The notes: generated by a model not told the origin, from the sequence alone. Counted from the first letter of the stretch, positions 31,986 to 42,450 are shown. The stretch: 64,000 nucleotides of DNA from an uncultured Gemmatimonadaceae bacterium (GCA_963843845.1 CAWJMB010000002.1:2432001-2496000), one strand, 5' to 3'. Translations and numbers: made by a program.

Positions 31986-32854
31986 CAGCTCGCCCCTGGA
32001 TGCGCGCGCACGACGCTCTGCATCTCCGCCAGCATGAGCCCAAGAAACTCGGTGTGCCGACCGGAGCGTCCCCCCGTCATCATCCGGCCGGTCGGCGGCA
32101 CGCGAAGCGTCGCTTCCGTCAACACCTGCTCGACGCGCGCCTGCCAGCGCGGGCGGAGAGCTGCCGCATCCACACCGACGCCGTCGGCGACCATCGCGCG
32201 GTCGACGTCGTCCATCTCGAACAGCTCGCCGGTGTAGCGCCACAGCCCGTCGAACGCCGCCTGCATCCGCGCCCGGCTCTCCGCCGTGCCGTCGCCGAGC
32301 TTGAGCACCCAGTCGGTCGTGTGCCGCAGGTGGTACCGGGACTCCTTGTGCGCCTTCGCCGCGATCCCGGCGAGATCGCCGTGCGCGCTGCGCGTCAGCG
32401 CCGCGAGCTGCAGCTCCGCGAACGCCGAGTAGAGGAACTGACGCGCGATCGTCACGCCGAAGTCGCCGTTCGGAAGCTCGACGAGCTGTACGTTGCGGAA
32501 CTCGACCGTCTCGCGCAGAAACGCGAGCGTGTCCTCGTCGCGACCCTTCCCCTCGCGCTCGCCGGCCAGCTTGAGCAGCAGGGCCGCCTGCCCGAACAGG
32601 TCGAGCGACATGTTCGCGAGCGCGATGTCCTCTTCGAGGATCGGCCCGTGCCCGCACCACTCCGAGAGCCGCTGCCCCAGCACGAGCCGGTCGTCGCCGA
32701 GTCGAAGCAGGTACTCCACGAACGGGTCGTCGGCCGTGCGCGACGTGTAGCTCGGGACGACGGGTCCAGCGGCGACGTCGAGCGGTCGGACGGGCGGCGC
32801 GATGTCCGCGCCTGCGCCGTGCTCCGGCTCGTCGGGAGCGGTGCCGTACCCCAT
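31982..32854 (-). CDS. paaC: Phenylacetyl-CoA epoxidase subunit C
   Basis: 'LGDDRLVLGQRLSEWCGHGPILEEDIAL', 'KESRYH', 'GRHTEFLG..LAEMQ..HPGASW'. Confidence 0.95.
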   Translation of the reverse strand: MGYGTAPDEPEHGAGADIAPPVRPLDVAAGPVVPSYTSRTADDPFVEYLLRLGDDRLVLGQRLSEWCGHGPILEEDIALANMSLDLFGQAALLLKLAGEREGKGRDEDTLAFLRETVEFRNVQLVELPNGDFGVTIARQFLYSAFAELQLAALTRSAHGDLAGIAAKAHKESRYHLRHTTDWVLKLGDGTAESRARMQAAFDGLWRYTGELFEMDDVDRAMVADGVGVDAAALRPRWQARVEQVLTEATLRVPPTGRMMTGGRSGRHTEFLGLMLAEMQSVVRAHPGASW

Positions 32855-33177
32855 CAGTACACCCGCACGCCGCGCGGCACTTTGTAGAATTGCGGGTGCC
32901 GGTACGCCTTGTCGTTCCCCGGCTCGAAGAACGGCCCCGCGTCGCTCGGCGCCGAGGCGGCGATGGCGCTCGTCGGAACGACCCAGAGGCTCAGCACCTT
33001 GCCGCGACGGCCGTAGACGTCACGCGCATTCTGAATCGCCTGCTCGGCGTCGACGGCGTGCACGCTGCCGACGTGCTCGTGCGGCGCCCCCTGCGACTCC
33101 TGCGTGAACACTTCCCAGAGTGCCCACTGCGTGTCGACCGCGTCGGGGGTCGAGGAACGGGGATCGGGCGAGCTCAC
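32854..33177 (-). CDS. paaB: Phenylacetyl-CoA epoxidase subunit B
   Basis: 'WALWEVF', 'HVGSVHA', 'ARDVYGRR', '[10 protein letters not shown]'. Confidence 0.95.
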   Translation of the reverse strand: MSSPDPRSSTPDAVDTQWALWEVFTQESQGAPHEHVGSVHAVDAEQAIQNARDVYGRRGKVLSLWVVPTSAIAASAPSDAGPFFEPGNDKAYRHPQFYKVPRGVRVY

Positions 33178-33219
33178 GCTGCCACCGACCCCCGTTCACC
33201 GGTTCCCGATCCCCGCTTC
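33144..33219. repeat. Inverted arrays of degenerate heptamers (CGGGGAT / CCGATCC) across the paaA-paaB junction
   Basis: cgggggt|cgaggaa|cggggat|cgggcga ... ccgaccc|ccgttca|ccggttc|ccgatcc|ccgcttc. Confidence 0.6.
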
Positions 33220-34169
33220 GCCGCATACGCCTCGGCCGCCGCGCGCACCCACGCGCCCTCGTCGTGCGCTCTGTTGCGCGCCGCGAGCCGCTCGCGATTG
33301 CACGGGCCGTCGCCCTTCACGACCGCCCAGAACTCGTCCCAGTCGATCTGCCCGAACGCCCAGTTCTCCGTCGCCGCGTCGTACCGGAGCTCGGGATCGG
33401 GGAGCGACAGGCCGACTGCCTGCGCCTGCGGCACGGTCAGGTTCACGAACCGCTGACGGAGCTGATCGTTCGTGAATCGCTTCACGCGCCAGCGCAGCAG
33501 CTCGTCGGAATTGGACGATTCGCTGTCGTGCGGTCCGAACATCATGAGCGTCGGCCACCACCAGCGGTTGACCGCATCCTGCACCATCTCGCGCTGCGCG
33601 TCGGTGCCGGCGGCGAGCGTCGCGACCGACTCGTAGCCCTGGCGCTTGTGGAAGTTCTCTTCCTTGCAGATCCGGATCATCGCCCGTGCGTACGGGCCGT
33701 ACGACGCCTTCGCGAGCACCGTCTGATTCACGATCGCCGCGCCGTCGACGAACCACCCGATCACGCCGACGTCGGCCCACGTCAGCGTCGGGTAGTTGAA
33801 GATGCTCGCATACTTCGCCTTGCCGCTGAGCAGATCGCCGACGAGCTGCGCGCGGTCGACGCCGAGCGTCTCGGTGCCGCAGTAGATGTAGAGACCGTGC
33901 CCCGCCTCGTCCTGCACTTTCGCGAGCAGCGACGTCTTGCGCCGCAAGCTCGGGGCGCGCGTGATCCAGTTGCCCTCGGGCAGCATCCCGACGATCTCCG
34001 AGTGCGCGTGCTGGCTCATCATGCGGATGAGCTGCTTGCGGTACCGCTCCGGCATCCAGTCTTTCGGCTCGATCGACTCGCCGGCAGCGATCCGCGCCTC
34101 GAACTCGGCGAGCTGGGCGCTGTCGTCCGTGGTCGACTCTGGAGCGGACGGGGCGATCGACGTAGGCAT
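33174..34169 (-). CDS. paaA: Phenylacetyl-CoA epoxidase subunit A (di-iron)
   Basis: 'IEPKDWMP', '[26 protein letters not shown]', 'KVQDEAGH', 'CKEENFH'. Confidence 0.96.
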   Translation of the reverse strand: MPTSIAPSAPESTTDDSAQLAEFEARIAAGESIEPKDWMPERYRKQLIRMMSQHAHSEIVGMLPEGNWITRAPSLRRKTSLLAKVQDEAGHGLYIYCGTETLGVDRAQLVGDLLSGKAKYASIFNYPTLTWADVGVIGWFVDGAAIVNQTVLAKASYGPYARAMIRICKEENFHKRQGYESVATLAAGTDAQREMVQDAVNRWWWPTLMMFGPHDSESSNSDELLRWRVKRFTNDQLRQRFVNLTVPQAQAVGLSLPDPELRYDAATENWAFGQIDWDEFWAVVKGDGPCNRERLAARNRAHDEGAWVRAAAEAYAAKRGSGTGERGSVAA

Positions 34170-34215
34170 CACGGCAGTAGGCGGCGGCAGAAGGAAGGTG
34201 TGTCGCGCAGTCTCG

Positions 34216-34221
34216 AATATA
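34216..34221 (-). promoter_or_regulatory. Putative -10 element (TATATT) for paaABCD
   Basis: GGGGTATATT ~50 nt upstream of the paaA start; no convincing -35. Confidence 0.45.
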
Positions 34222-34299
34222 CCCCGCCGTATCGCATTTCGGTCGCTCCATCGGCGAGATTGTCGCGCGATTCCCCTCTCAAACCTCTCCGCGCTCGTC

Positions 34300-35079
34300 A
34301 TGGCCGACAGCACCCTGCTCCCCTCCGACGGCCGCGTCGCCGTCGACGTTCACGGCGGCATCGCCGACATCCGCTTCGGGCACCCGAAGGGAAACTCGCT
34401 CCCGGCCGCGATCCTCCGCTCGCTCGCCGACGCGATCGCCGAGACGGGGCGGGACGCGAGCGTGCGCGTCATCGTCCTGCGGAGCGACGGACACGGTCCG
34501 TTCTGCGCAGGCGCGTCGTTCGACGAGCTCGTCGCGATCGACGACCCCGCCGCAGGGAAGGAGTTCTTCTCGGGCTTCGCGCGGGTCATCCTCGCCATGC
34601 TCCGCGCGCCACAGCTCATCGTCACGGCCGTGCAGGGCAAGGTCGCCGGCGGCGGCGTCGGCATCGTCGCGGCGTCGGATTACGTCATCGCGCTCGAGAG
34701 CGCGTCGCTCAAGCTGAGCGAGCTCGCGGTCGGCATCGGCCCGTTCGTCGTCGGCCCGGTGATCGAGAAGAAGATCGGGCTCGCCGCCTTCCAGGCGATG
34801 GCGATCGACGCCGATTGGCGCGACGCGGCCTGGGCACAGACTCGCGGGCTCTACACGCACCTCGCCGGTTCGTCGACCGAGCTCGACCGACGCGTCGACG
34901 GGATCGTCGCCAGACTCTCCGCGTCGAACCCCGAGGCGATGACGCTCATCAAGCGCGCCGCCTGGGCGGGCACCGAGGGGTGGGACGATCTCCTCGCCGA
35001 GCGCGCCGAGATCAGCGGACGGCTCGTCCTCTCGCCGTTCACGCGCCAGGCGATCGCGGCGTTTCGCCAGAAGGGCTGA
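34300..35079 (+). CDS. Enoyl-CoA hydratase/isomerase family protein (possible PaaF role)
   Basis: '[10 protein letters not shown]', '[11 protein letters not shown]', '[11 protein letters not shown]'; divergent from paaA. Confidence 0.85.
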   Translation: MADSTLLPSDGRVAVDVHGGIADIRFGHPKGNSLPAAILRSLADAIAETGRDASVRVIVLRSDGHGPFCAGASFDELVAIDDPAAGKEFFSGFARVILAMLRAPQLIVTAVQGKVAGGGVGIVAASDYVIALESASLKLSELAVGIGPFVVGPVIEKKIGLAAFQAMAIDADWRDAAWAQTRGLYTHLAGSSTELDRRVDGIVARLSASNPEAMTLIKRAAWAGTEGWDDLLAERAEISGRLVLSPFTRQAIAAFRQKG

Positions 35080-35106
35080 CGCACTCGCGTCAGCCCACTC
35101 CGGATC

Positions 35107-36765
35107 TCAGCGCACGGCCGTTCGCAATCCGATGCGGTCGCGGTCGATGCGCTCGCTCGGCGGAATCGACCACTCGGACAGATTCGCCCACCAGGCGTCT
35201 GCGCGCAGCCCGACCGGCCGGATCCGCCGGTGCAGGCCGGCGAAGTTGCGCAGCTCGTAGATGTAGACGGCCGGCGCGTCGTCGACGAGCGTGGCGTACG
35301 CCCGCTCGAAGAGCGCATGCCGCCGCGCCCGGTCGAACTCGACCGTCGCCGAATCGAGGTACGCGTCGAACGTGGCGCTCGCGTACCCGGTCGTGTTGCC
35401 GGTCGGCCCGCGGTCCGCGGTCCGAGAGCTCCACGTCTGCCGGATCGTCGACGGCTCCGGGTCTCCCTGCCAGGCGTTGAGGAACGTGTCGTACTGGTGC
35501 TGCGCGAGACGCTGCATGAACGTCCCCATCTCGACGACGTCGACCGTGAGGTCGACGCCGACACGCTTCCACTGCGCCTGGAGGAGCACCGCGAGACGCT
35601 GCCGGGGCGCGCTCGTCCCGGGAACGAGGACGGAGAACGCGAGGCGGCGTCCGCCGCGTGTGCGGACACTGTCGGGCCCCATGCGCCAGCCGAGCGAATC
35701 GAGAGAGCGGCTCGCGGCGGACGGATCGAACGCGGCCGACGGGCGCGACGCACCGAACACGCGCGGCACCGGCATCACGGCGACGTAGCCGAGCGTATCG
35801 AACACGTTCGTCACGAGCGACTGGCGGTCGACGGCGGCCGCGAGCGCCCGCCGCAGCGCGCGGTCATCGAACGGCGCCTGCGCCGTGTTGAAGCCCAGGT
35901 AGCCGATGCTGAGCGATGGATACTCGACGGCGCGGAGGCTCTCCGCCGTCTTCACCCGGTCGAGCATGGGGCCGCGCAGCACCTCGAGGACATCGGCCTC
36001 CCCCGCGAAGAGCTTGTTCGTCGCGGCCGTCGGGTCGGGGGCGAACGCCCAGATCACACGGTCGAGCTTCGGTCGCCCGCGCCAGTTTGCCGTGTCCGCG
36101 ATCAACTCGATGCGTTCGTTCGGCACCCACCGGACGAAGCGGAAGCGTCCGCTCCCGACCGGCGCCTTGCCGAACGCCGCGGTCCGGAGCTGCGAGCGCG
36201 GAACCGAGTCGAGCAGGTGACGCGGCAGCACGAACAGGTTGTAGGTGAGATCGAAGAACTGCTGCGGGCTGCGACGGCGGAAATACGCGACCGCGGTCAA
36301 CGAGTCGGGCGCCGTCACCGAATCGACGTTCGCGAGCAGCTGTGTGACCGATGTGCCCGTCGCCGGGTCGTGCGCGACGTCGAACGAGAAGCGCACGTCC
36401 TCGGCGCGGACGCGGCGGCCGTCGTGCCACCGCGCGCGCTCGTCGAGCGTGAAGCGGATCGACAGCGAGTCGGGCGCCCACTCCCAGCGCGTCGCGAGTC
36501 GCGGCGCGAAGCCGTCGTCGCCGACGGTGCCTAACGAATCGCCGATCTCCGCGAGCCGGTCGAAGATCTGCGACACGACCTGCGCGCCCTGCAAGCTCGC
36601 GGTGAGCGGCGGCAGCAGCACGTCGGCGTCGCCAGGCGACGTGATGACGATCGTGCCGCCGGCGTCGGCCGTGGTCGTCGCCGGGGTGTCGCGCCCGCCG
36701 CACGCCGCGAGCGTCGCGGCGGTGACGAGTGCGGCGGCGAGGCGCGGAAGGGGAGGAGCGTGCAT
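35107..36765 (-). CDS. Peptide ABC transporter substrate-binding lipoprotein (family 5, Opp/Dpp-like)
   Basis: Lipobox 'TLAACGG', 'WHDGRRVRAEDVRFSF', 'PVGSGRFRFVRW', 'LRRALAAAVDR'. Confidence 0.9.
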   Translation of the reverse strand: MHAPPLPRLAAALVTAATLAACGGRDTPATTTADAGGTIVITSPGDADVLLPPLTASLQGAQVVSQIFDRLAEIGDSLGTVGDDGFAPRLATRWEWAPDSLSIRFTLDERARWHDGRRVRAEDVRFSFDVAHDPATGTSVTQLLANVDSVTAPDSLTAVAYFRRRSPQQFFDLTYNLFVLPRHLLDSVPRSQLRTAAFGKAPVGSGRFRFVRWVPNERIELIADTANWRGRPKLDRVIWAFAPDPTAATNKLFAGEADVLEVLRGPMLDRVKTAESLRAVEYPSLSIGYLGFNTAQAPFDDRALRRALAAAVDRQSLVTNVFDTLGYVAVMPVPRVFGASRPSAAFDPSAASRSLDSLGWRMGPDSVRTRGGRRLAFSVLVPGTSAPRQRLAVLLQAQWKRVGVDLTVDVVEMGTFMQRLAQHQYDTFLNAWQGDPEPSTIRQTWSSRTADRGPTGNTTGYASATFDAYLDSATVEFDRARRHALFERAYATLVDDAPAVYIYELRNFAGLHRRIRPVGLRADAWWANLSEWSIPPSERIDRDRIGLRTAVR

Positions 36766-36977
36766 CGACGTCAATGAGTGGAGGGCGACCGACTTCAACG
36801 TTCGTTGGACGAGAGCTGCGCCACGTTCGTCACTCGGCCCGCCGTCGGTGCTCGTGCGCGGCTGCAAGATGCGTCACGGTCTATTTCGGCGCTCAAGTTC
36901 TCGCCGAGCCGGTCGAGACTCACGGCTACGCCGGGGCATGCCCCCAAGTCGCCACCTGAATCCGCCGCAGATCCAAT

Positions 36978-37544
36978 ATGAAGCGTACTCTCCTGTCCAC
37001 TCGCTTTCTCGCGGTGGTCGCCGCAGCCACGCTCGCCGCCTGCAGTGACGCGAGCGAGCAGCAGCTCGCGCCGCAGCCCGCCGCGCTCTCCGCGTCGTTG
37101 CTCCCGCGGATCGTCGCGTCGGTCAGCCGCGGCACACCGCTGGACGCCGACGTCGTCACGAGCGCCACCGTCACGAACGCCGGCGGCACCATCACCGTCC
37201 CGGAGGCCGGGCTCACCCTGAAGGTGCCGGCGAACGCGCTCCCCGCCGGAACGTCGTCGATGACGATCCGGGTGACCGCGTTCAAAGGCTCGCAGTACGC
37301 CTACGATTTCGCGCCGAGCGGTGTGGTCTTCCGTCAGCCACTCTCCTTCGAGCAGCAGATCGACGGGCTCCCGATCCAGGCGCTCCTCGGCGCCCACGTC
37401 GGCTACTTCAAGTCACGCGCGGACCTCAATCCCGCGGCCGGGCTCGCGACCACCTACGAAAGTCTGCCCCTCGCCCTCGACATCCTCGGGCTGAAGATCC
37501 GCGCGAAGATCTGGCACTTCTCGGGGTACATCGCCGAATGGTGA
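36978..37544 (+). CDS. ZU5-like lipoprotein with C-terminal HFS motif
   Basis: Lipobox LAAC(22); 'GGTITVPEAGLTLKVPANAL', 'FAPSGVVFRQPL', ends 'KIWHFSGYIAEW'. Confidence 0.7.
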   Translation: MKRTLLSTRFLAVVAAATLAACSDASEQQLAPQPAALSASLLPRIVASVSRGTPLDADVVTSATVTNAGGTITVPEAGLTLKVPANALPAGTSSMTIRVTAFKGSQYAYDFAPSGVVFRQPLSFEQQIDGLPIQALLGAHVGYFKSRADLNPAAGLATTYESLPLALDILGLKIRAKIWHFSGYIAEW

Positions 37545-37588
37545 GCACGGCCGCGTGACGGGCGCGGTGCGGCGCGCGTCGTTGCGGC

Positions 37589-39727
37589 ATGCGATTCGAC
37601 GAGCAGCTCGACGAAGCACGCCGGGCCGTCGTCAGCGGCGAGCCACAGGCCGCGCGCGAGCTGTGCGACGCGGTGCTGCGCGCCCTGCCACGCTCGAGGG
37701 AGGCGCCGAGCATCGCCGCCGAAGCGCTCCGCATCGTCGCACGCGCGCACCTGGTCGAAGGGCACTCGGACGTCGCACTCGAGTGCCTCGAGGCCGCGTA
37801 CGCGATCGGCGAGGCTGACGGCAACCTCGCGGACACGGGCTACTCGCTGAACGGCACGGGCGTCGTGCACATGGGCCAGGGCCAGCTCGACGACGCGGAA
37901 CGGTGCTACGGCGCGGCCCTTCGATGCGCGGAGGCAGCCGGCGACGCGGAGCTGCGCCGCCGCGCGACGCAGAACCTCGGCATCATCGCCAACATTCGCG
38001 GCGATCTGCGCGAGGCGCTCGTGCACTACCGCCGCAGCCTCGCGGACCACCGAGAGTCTGGGCAGGCCTCCAACGTCGCGGCGACGCTGAACAACCTCGG
38101 CATGGTCCACGTCGACCTCGGTCAGTGGGGGCAGGCCGAGCAAGCGTACGCGGAGGCCCTCGAGATCGTGCGCGGCATCGGTGACCTCAACGCGCTCGCG
38201 CTGCTGTACGTCAACGTCGCCGAGATGTGGATCGGTCGCGGCGATCCGGAGCGCGCGCGCGTCGCCTGCGATGCGGCGATGGAGGTGTGTCGACGCACCG
38301 CCCACGCCCCGGCGATCGGCGAGGCGCACAAGATCTGCGGCGTCGTCGCGCGCGAGCAGGGGGCGTACGCCGAGGCCGAGGGGTGTCTGGACCGCGCTGC
38401 GGAGACCGCGGAGTCGCGCGCCGATCTGCTGCTGCTCGCCGAGACGTCGCGAGAGCAGGCGGAGCTCTATCGCCGGCAGGGGCGCAACGCGGACACGCTT
38501 CGCGCGCTCAATCGCGCCTACAAGCTGTTCGACGGCCTCCGCGCGCGGCGGGATCTCGCCGACATCGGTCGCCGGGTCGGGCGCATCGAGGACGAGTTCC
38601 TCGAGGTCGCCCGGCGCTGGGGCGAGTCGATCGAGGCGAAGGACCGCTACACGCAAGGTCACTGCAAGCGCGTCGCCGACCTCGCGTGTCTCATCGCGGT
38701 CGAGGCGGGGTTCGACGAGCAGTCGATCTTCTGGTTCCGCATCGGCGCGCTCCTCCACGACGTCGGCAAGCTGGTGATCCCGGAAGCCGTGCTCAACAAA
38801 CCGGGGAAGCTCACCGACGACGAGTGGTCGCTCATGCGCAGCCACACGGCAGCCGGCGTCGAGATGCTGGCGGGCATCGACTTCCCCTGGGACGTCCGCC
38901 CGATCGTCCGCTCGCACCACGAGCGGTGGGACGGGCGCGGGTACCCCGACGGGCTCGCCGGGGAGGAGATCCCGCTCGTCGCGCGGATTCTCTGCATCGC
39001 GGACGTCTACGACGCGCTCACGTCGGTGCGCAGCTACAAGCGCGCGATGTCGCACGATGACGCGATGAGCATTCTCCGCGGCGACGCCGGCACGGCGTTC
39101 GACCCCACGGTGTTCGCGTACTTCGAGCGCATCGCCGACGGCCGGGCGCCGCACACGGCCGCGATGCAGCAGGCCGCGGCGGCGGAGCGCGACGCGGGGC
39201 CCGACGCCGTCCCACTCCCGGCCGGCCACGATCCGGTCACCCGGCTTCCGCTCGTGCCGATCCTCGCGGCTCAGGCCGACCGCCTGCTCTCGCCAGGCGA
39301 CGGCTCGCTCGCCCGGCCGGTCGCCGTGCTGCACGTCTGCGTGGACGGTGACGCGCTCCGCACGCGGTCCGACGTGACATTCGACGCACTCTCGCGCCGC
39401 ATCGCCGACGCGTTGAGCCGCAACACGCGCGGCGGGGACCTCGTCGGCCGCCTCGACGAGGAGCGCTACCTCGTGCTGCTCGCCGACGCGCACCCGGCCG
39501 AGGCGCGCGCCGCCGCTGACCGCCTGCGCGACGCGGTGACGTCCGCACTCCTCGGACCGAACGACGCGACGATCCCGCTACTCACGCGCGAGGCGCGGCC
39601 ACGCGTCGCGATCGGCATCGCGGCGGCCCCGGGCCACGGGCGGACCACCGAAGCGCTCCTTCTGGCGGCGCGGATCGCGGCGGACGAGCTGGCAGCACCG
39701 CGCCATCGCACGGACGCGGCGGCCTGA
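37589..39727 (+). CDS. TPR + HD-GYP phosphodiesterase + degenerate GGDEF protein
   Basis: Multiple TPRs ('TLNNLGMVH'); 'YTQGH', 'LLHDVGK', 'HHERWDGRGYP', 'ADVYDAL'; GGDEF site replaced by DEERY. Confidence 0.9.
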   Translation: MRFDEQLDEARRAVVSGEPQAARELCDAVLRALPRSREAPSIAAEALRIVARAHLVEGHSDVALECLEAAYAIGEADGNLADTGYSLNGTGVVHMGQGQLDDAERCYGAALRCAEAAGDAELRRRATQNLGIIANIRGDLREALVHYRRSLADHRESGQASNVAATLNNLGMVHVDLGQWGQAEQAYAEALEIVRGIGDLNALALLYVNVAEMWIGRGDPERARVACDAAMEVCRRTAHAPAIGEAHKICGVVAREQGAYAEAEGCLDRAAETAESRADLLLLAETSREQAELYRRQGRNADTLRALNRAYKLFDGLRARRDLADIGRRVGRIEDEFLEVARRWGESIEAKDRYTQGHCKRVADLACLIAVEAGFDEQSIFWFRIGALLHDVGKLVIPEAVLNKPGKLTDDEWSLMRSHTAAGVEMLAGIDFPWDVRPIVRSHHERWDGRGYPDGLAGEEIPLVARILCIADVYDALTSVRSYKRAMSHDDAMSILRGDAGTAFDPTVFAYFERIADGRAPHTAAMQQAAAAERDAGPDAVPLPAGHDPVTRLPLVPILAAQADRLLSPGDGSLARPVAVLHVCVDGDALRTRSDVTFDALSRRIADALSRNTRGGDLVGRLDEERYLVLLADAHPAEARAAADRLRDAVTSALLGPNDATIPLLTREARPRVAIGIAAAPGHGRTTEALLLAARIAADELAAPRHRTDAAA

Positions 39728-39807
39728 TCGGCGGCGGCCCGATCGACCGCCGCCTCACCCGCTCCCGTCGCGCCGTCGCGCGCGTCAGACCGTCGTCAGG
39801 CGAGACG

Positions 39808-40314
39808 TCACGCGGCACGTGGCTGGGGCACCGCCCACGACGGAAGTACCGGCGGATCCCAGCGGAACCACTTCCCTTCGCGCGTCTTCGCCGAGAAGCG
39901 GCCACCCTCGCTGACCTGCGCCCACCCCTCCTCGAGGTCGTACAGGTACCGGCCGAGTCCCCACTGCACCGCCGCTCGCTTCATCGAGTTCGACAGCCCG
40001 CCCTTCACCGGCTCGACGTCGCTGTTCTCGGCGCCGTCCCACTTCGTCACCCAGTCGGCGCTGCCGTCCGCACGCGTCACGCGGACCGAGAGGCCGCAGA
40101 TCACGCCGCCGGCCGGCCCCTCGCGATACACGTTCTGCCAGTTCGCAGGCCCGACGACTTCGTCGAGGCGATCCATGATCGCGCGGTTCGTGACGTAAGC
40201 GAGCACACGCGCCCACGGGCGACCATTCTTCTCGCCGGCCGTCTGCACGCGCCACTCGATGTCGTCGGCGGCGAACGGGTCACGCAGCCTGCCCAGATCG
40301 ATCTCGTTCGTCAT
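39808..40314 (-). CDS. Rad52/Rad22-family single-strand annealing protein (Sak/DdrA-like)
   Basis: 'PFAADDIEWR', 'LAYVTNRAIMDRLDEVVG..NW', 'KGGLSNSMKRAAVQWGLGRYLY'. Confidence 0.88.
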   Translation of the reverse strand: MTNEIDLGRLRDPFAADDIEWRVQTAGEKNGRPWARVLAYVTNRAIMDRLDEVVGPANWQNVYREGPAGGVICGLSVRVTRADGSADWVTKWDGAENSDVEPVKGGLSNSMKRAAVQWGLGRYLYDLEEGWAQVSEGGRFSAKTREGKWFRWDPPVLPSWAVPQPRAA

Positions 40315-40462
40315 CGTCGTCTCTCCCCTCGGCGTCGTCCAGTCCGTCGCACGCCGTGCATGACGCGCGAGCCCTCAACAGGGCTCTCGAATATACCCGA
40401 ACAGACGCCGATCGTTCAGTGGGCCGGCCCGGGACCATGCTAGATTTTCGAGCAACTCGCCC

Positions 40463-41383
40463 ATGCCGATCACGACTTCGCCTCCCCCCGCCGTGCCCCC
40501 GGCCAGCATGCCGACGATGGAGCTCCCGACGTTCGCGCCCGGGGAGCTGATCGACGTCGCCCCGACCGAGCGCACCGCGCCCACCCGGGGGATCCGTCCG
40601 CGGCGCCGCTCGCGCCTGCAGAAGCTGCTCATCGGGCTGTCGAGTGGCACCGTGCTCCTCATCGTCGGGGGAGTGCTCGCGCTCGCGACGCTGCTCTCGC
40701 CCATCGGCGCGCGTCGCACCGCACGCGCCGCGGCCGAACAGGAGCTGCGGACCGAGCTCGAAGACGGTGAGCGCGTGCTGACCCAGGCGTATGTCTCGCA
40801 GCGGAACTGGTGGGACAACTTCCGCGAGTCGTTCGGGGTGCTCGCGGCGACCGACCGTCGCCTGCTGTTCGTCGGTCTTCCGCCTGCGAGCTGGCTGCGC
40901 GGCGTCGACGACGCCGGACCGCCGGAACTGCGCGTGCAGAACCTGTCGTACGACGCGCCCTTCACCGCCGAGCCGCACCGGCAGCTGCTGGGGCTCGCGT
41001 CAGGCGTACTCGTGCGCACGCCGAGTGGGGACGTGGCGTTCCTCGTGCCGCGGGGCGAGACCGACCGCGTGCAGGAGATCGAACGCGTCGTCGAGCGCGC
41101 GCAGCTCGCGCAGAGCCAGGCGAATCAGCAGGAGCAGCTCGTGCGCGTCGCGCCGCAGCGTCCGGCGCCGGTGTACGTGTCGCACACGGTCCGCAGCGGC
41201 GAGTCGGTGACGTCGATCGCGCGCCGCTATCGCACGACGCCCGACGTCATCCGTCAGCTCAACCGCCTGCCCACCGACCGCATCCGGATCGGCCAGCGTT
41301 TGCGCGTGCCGCAGTCCCTGGAGGGGGCGGACTCTGCGGCACCAGTTCCGGCTCGCGCGCCGCAGCCCGCGAACATTCCGTGA
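40463..41383 (+). CDS. Membrane-anchored LysM-domain protein
   Basis: One TM helix; C-terminal LysM 'HTVRSGESVTSIARRY..IRQLN..IRIGQRLRVP'. Confidence 0.85.
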   Translation: MPITTSPPPAVPPASMPTMELPTFAPGELIDVAPTERTAPTRGIRPRRRSRLQKLLIGLSSGTVLLIVGGVLALATLLSPIGARRTARAAAEQELRTELEDGERVLTQAYVSQRNWWDNFRESFGVLAATDRRLLFVGLPPASWLRGVDDAGPPELRVQNLSYDAPFTAEPHRQLLGLASGVLVRTPSGDVAFLVPRGETDRVQEIERVVERAQLAQSQANQQEQLVRVAPQRPAPVYVSHTVRSGESVTSIARRYRTTPDVIRQLNRLPTDRIRIGQRLRVPQSLEGADSAAPVPARAPQPANIP

Positions 41384-41390
41384 CGTCGCG

Positions 41391-41431
41391 GCGCACCCTC
41401 GCTCCGCGCGCCGCGCGGAGCGAGGGTGCGC
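41391..41431. terminator. Long hairpin between convergent genes
   Basis: gcgcaccctcgctccgcgcg-c-cgcgcggagcgagggtgcgc. Confidence 0.7.
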
Positions 41432-41435
41432 GTCG

Positions 41436-42419
<984 letters not shown>

Positions 42420-42450
42420 GGCGTCGTGTTGGAAGAGAGAGCGCATCAAG

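Noticed and set aside
34211..34224. Shared 14-mer TCTCGAATATACCC upstream of paaA and the Rad52-like gene as a common operator
   Set aside because: More simply explained as the -10 element (GGGTATATT) of two minus-strand promoters.
39808..40314. Prophage around the Rad52/Sak-like gene
   Set aside because: No integrase, structural or replication genes nearby; neighbours are chromosomal.
40399..40417. LexA (Cheo) box upstream of the Rad52-like gene
   Set aside because: GAAC and GTTC are spaced by 11 nt rather than 4; not a match to boxes I know.
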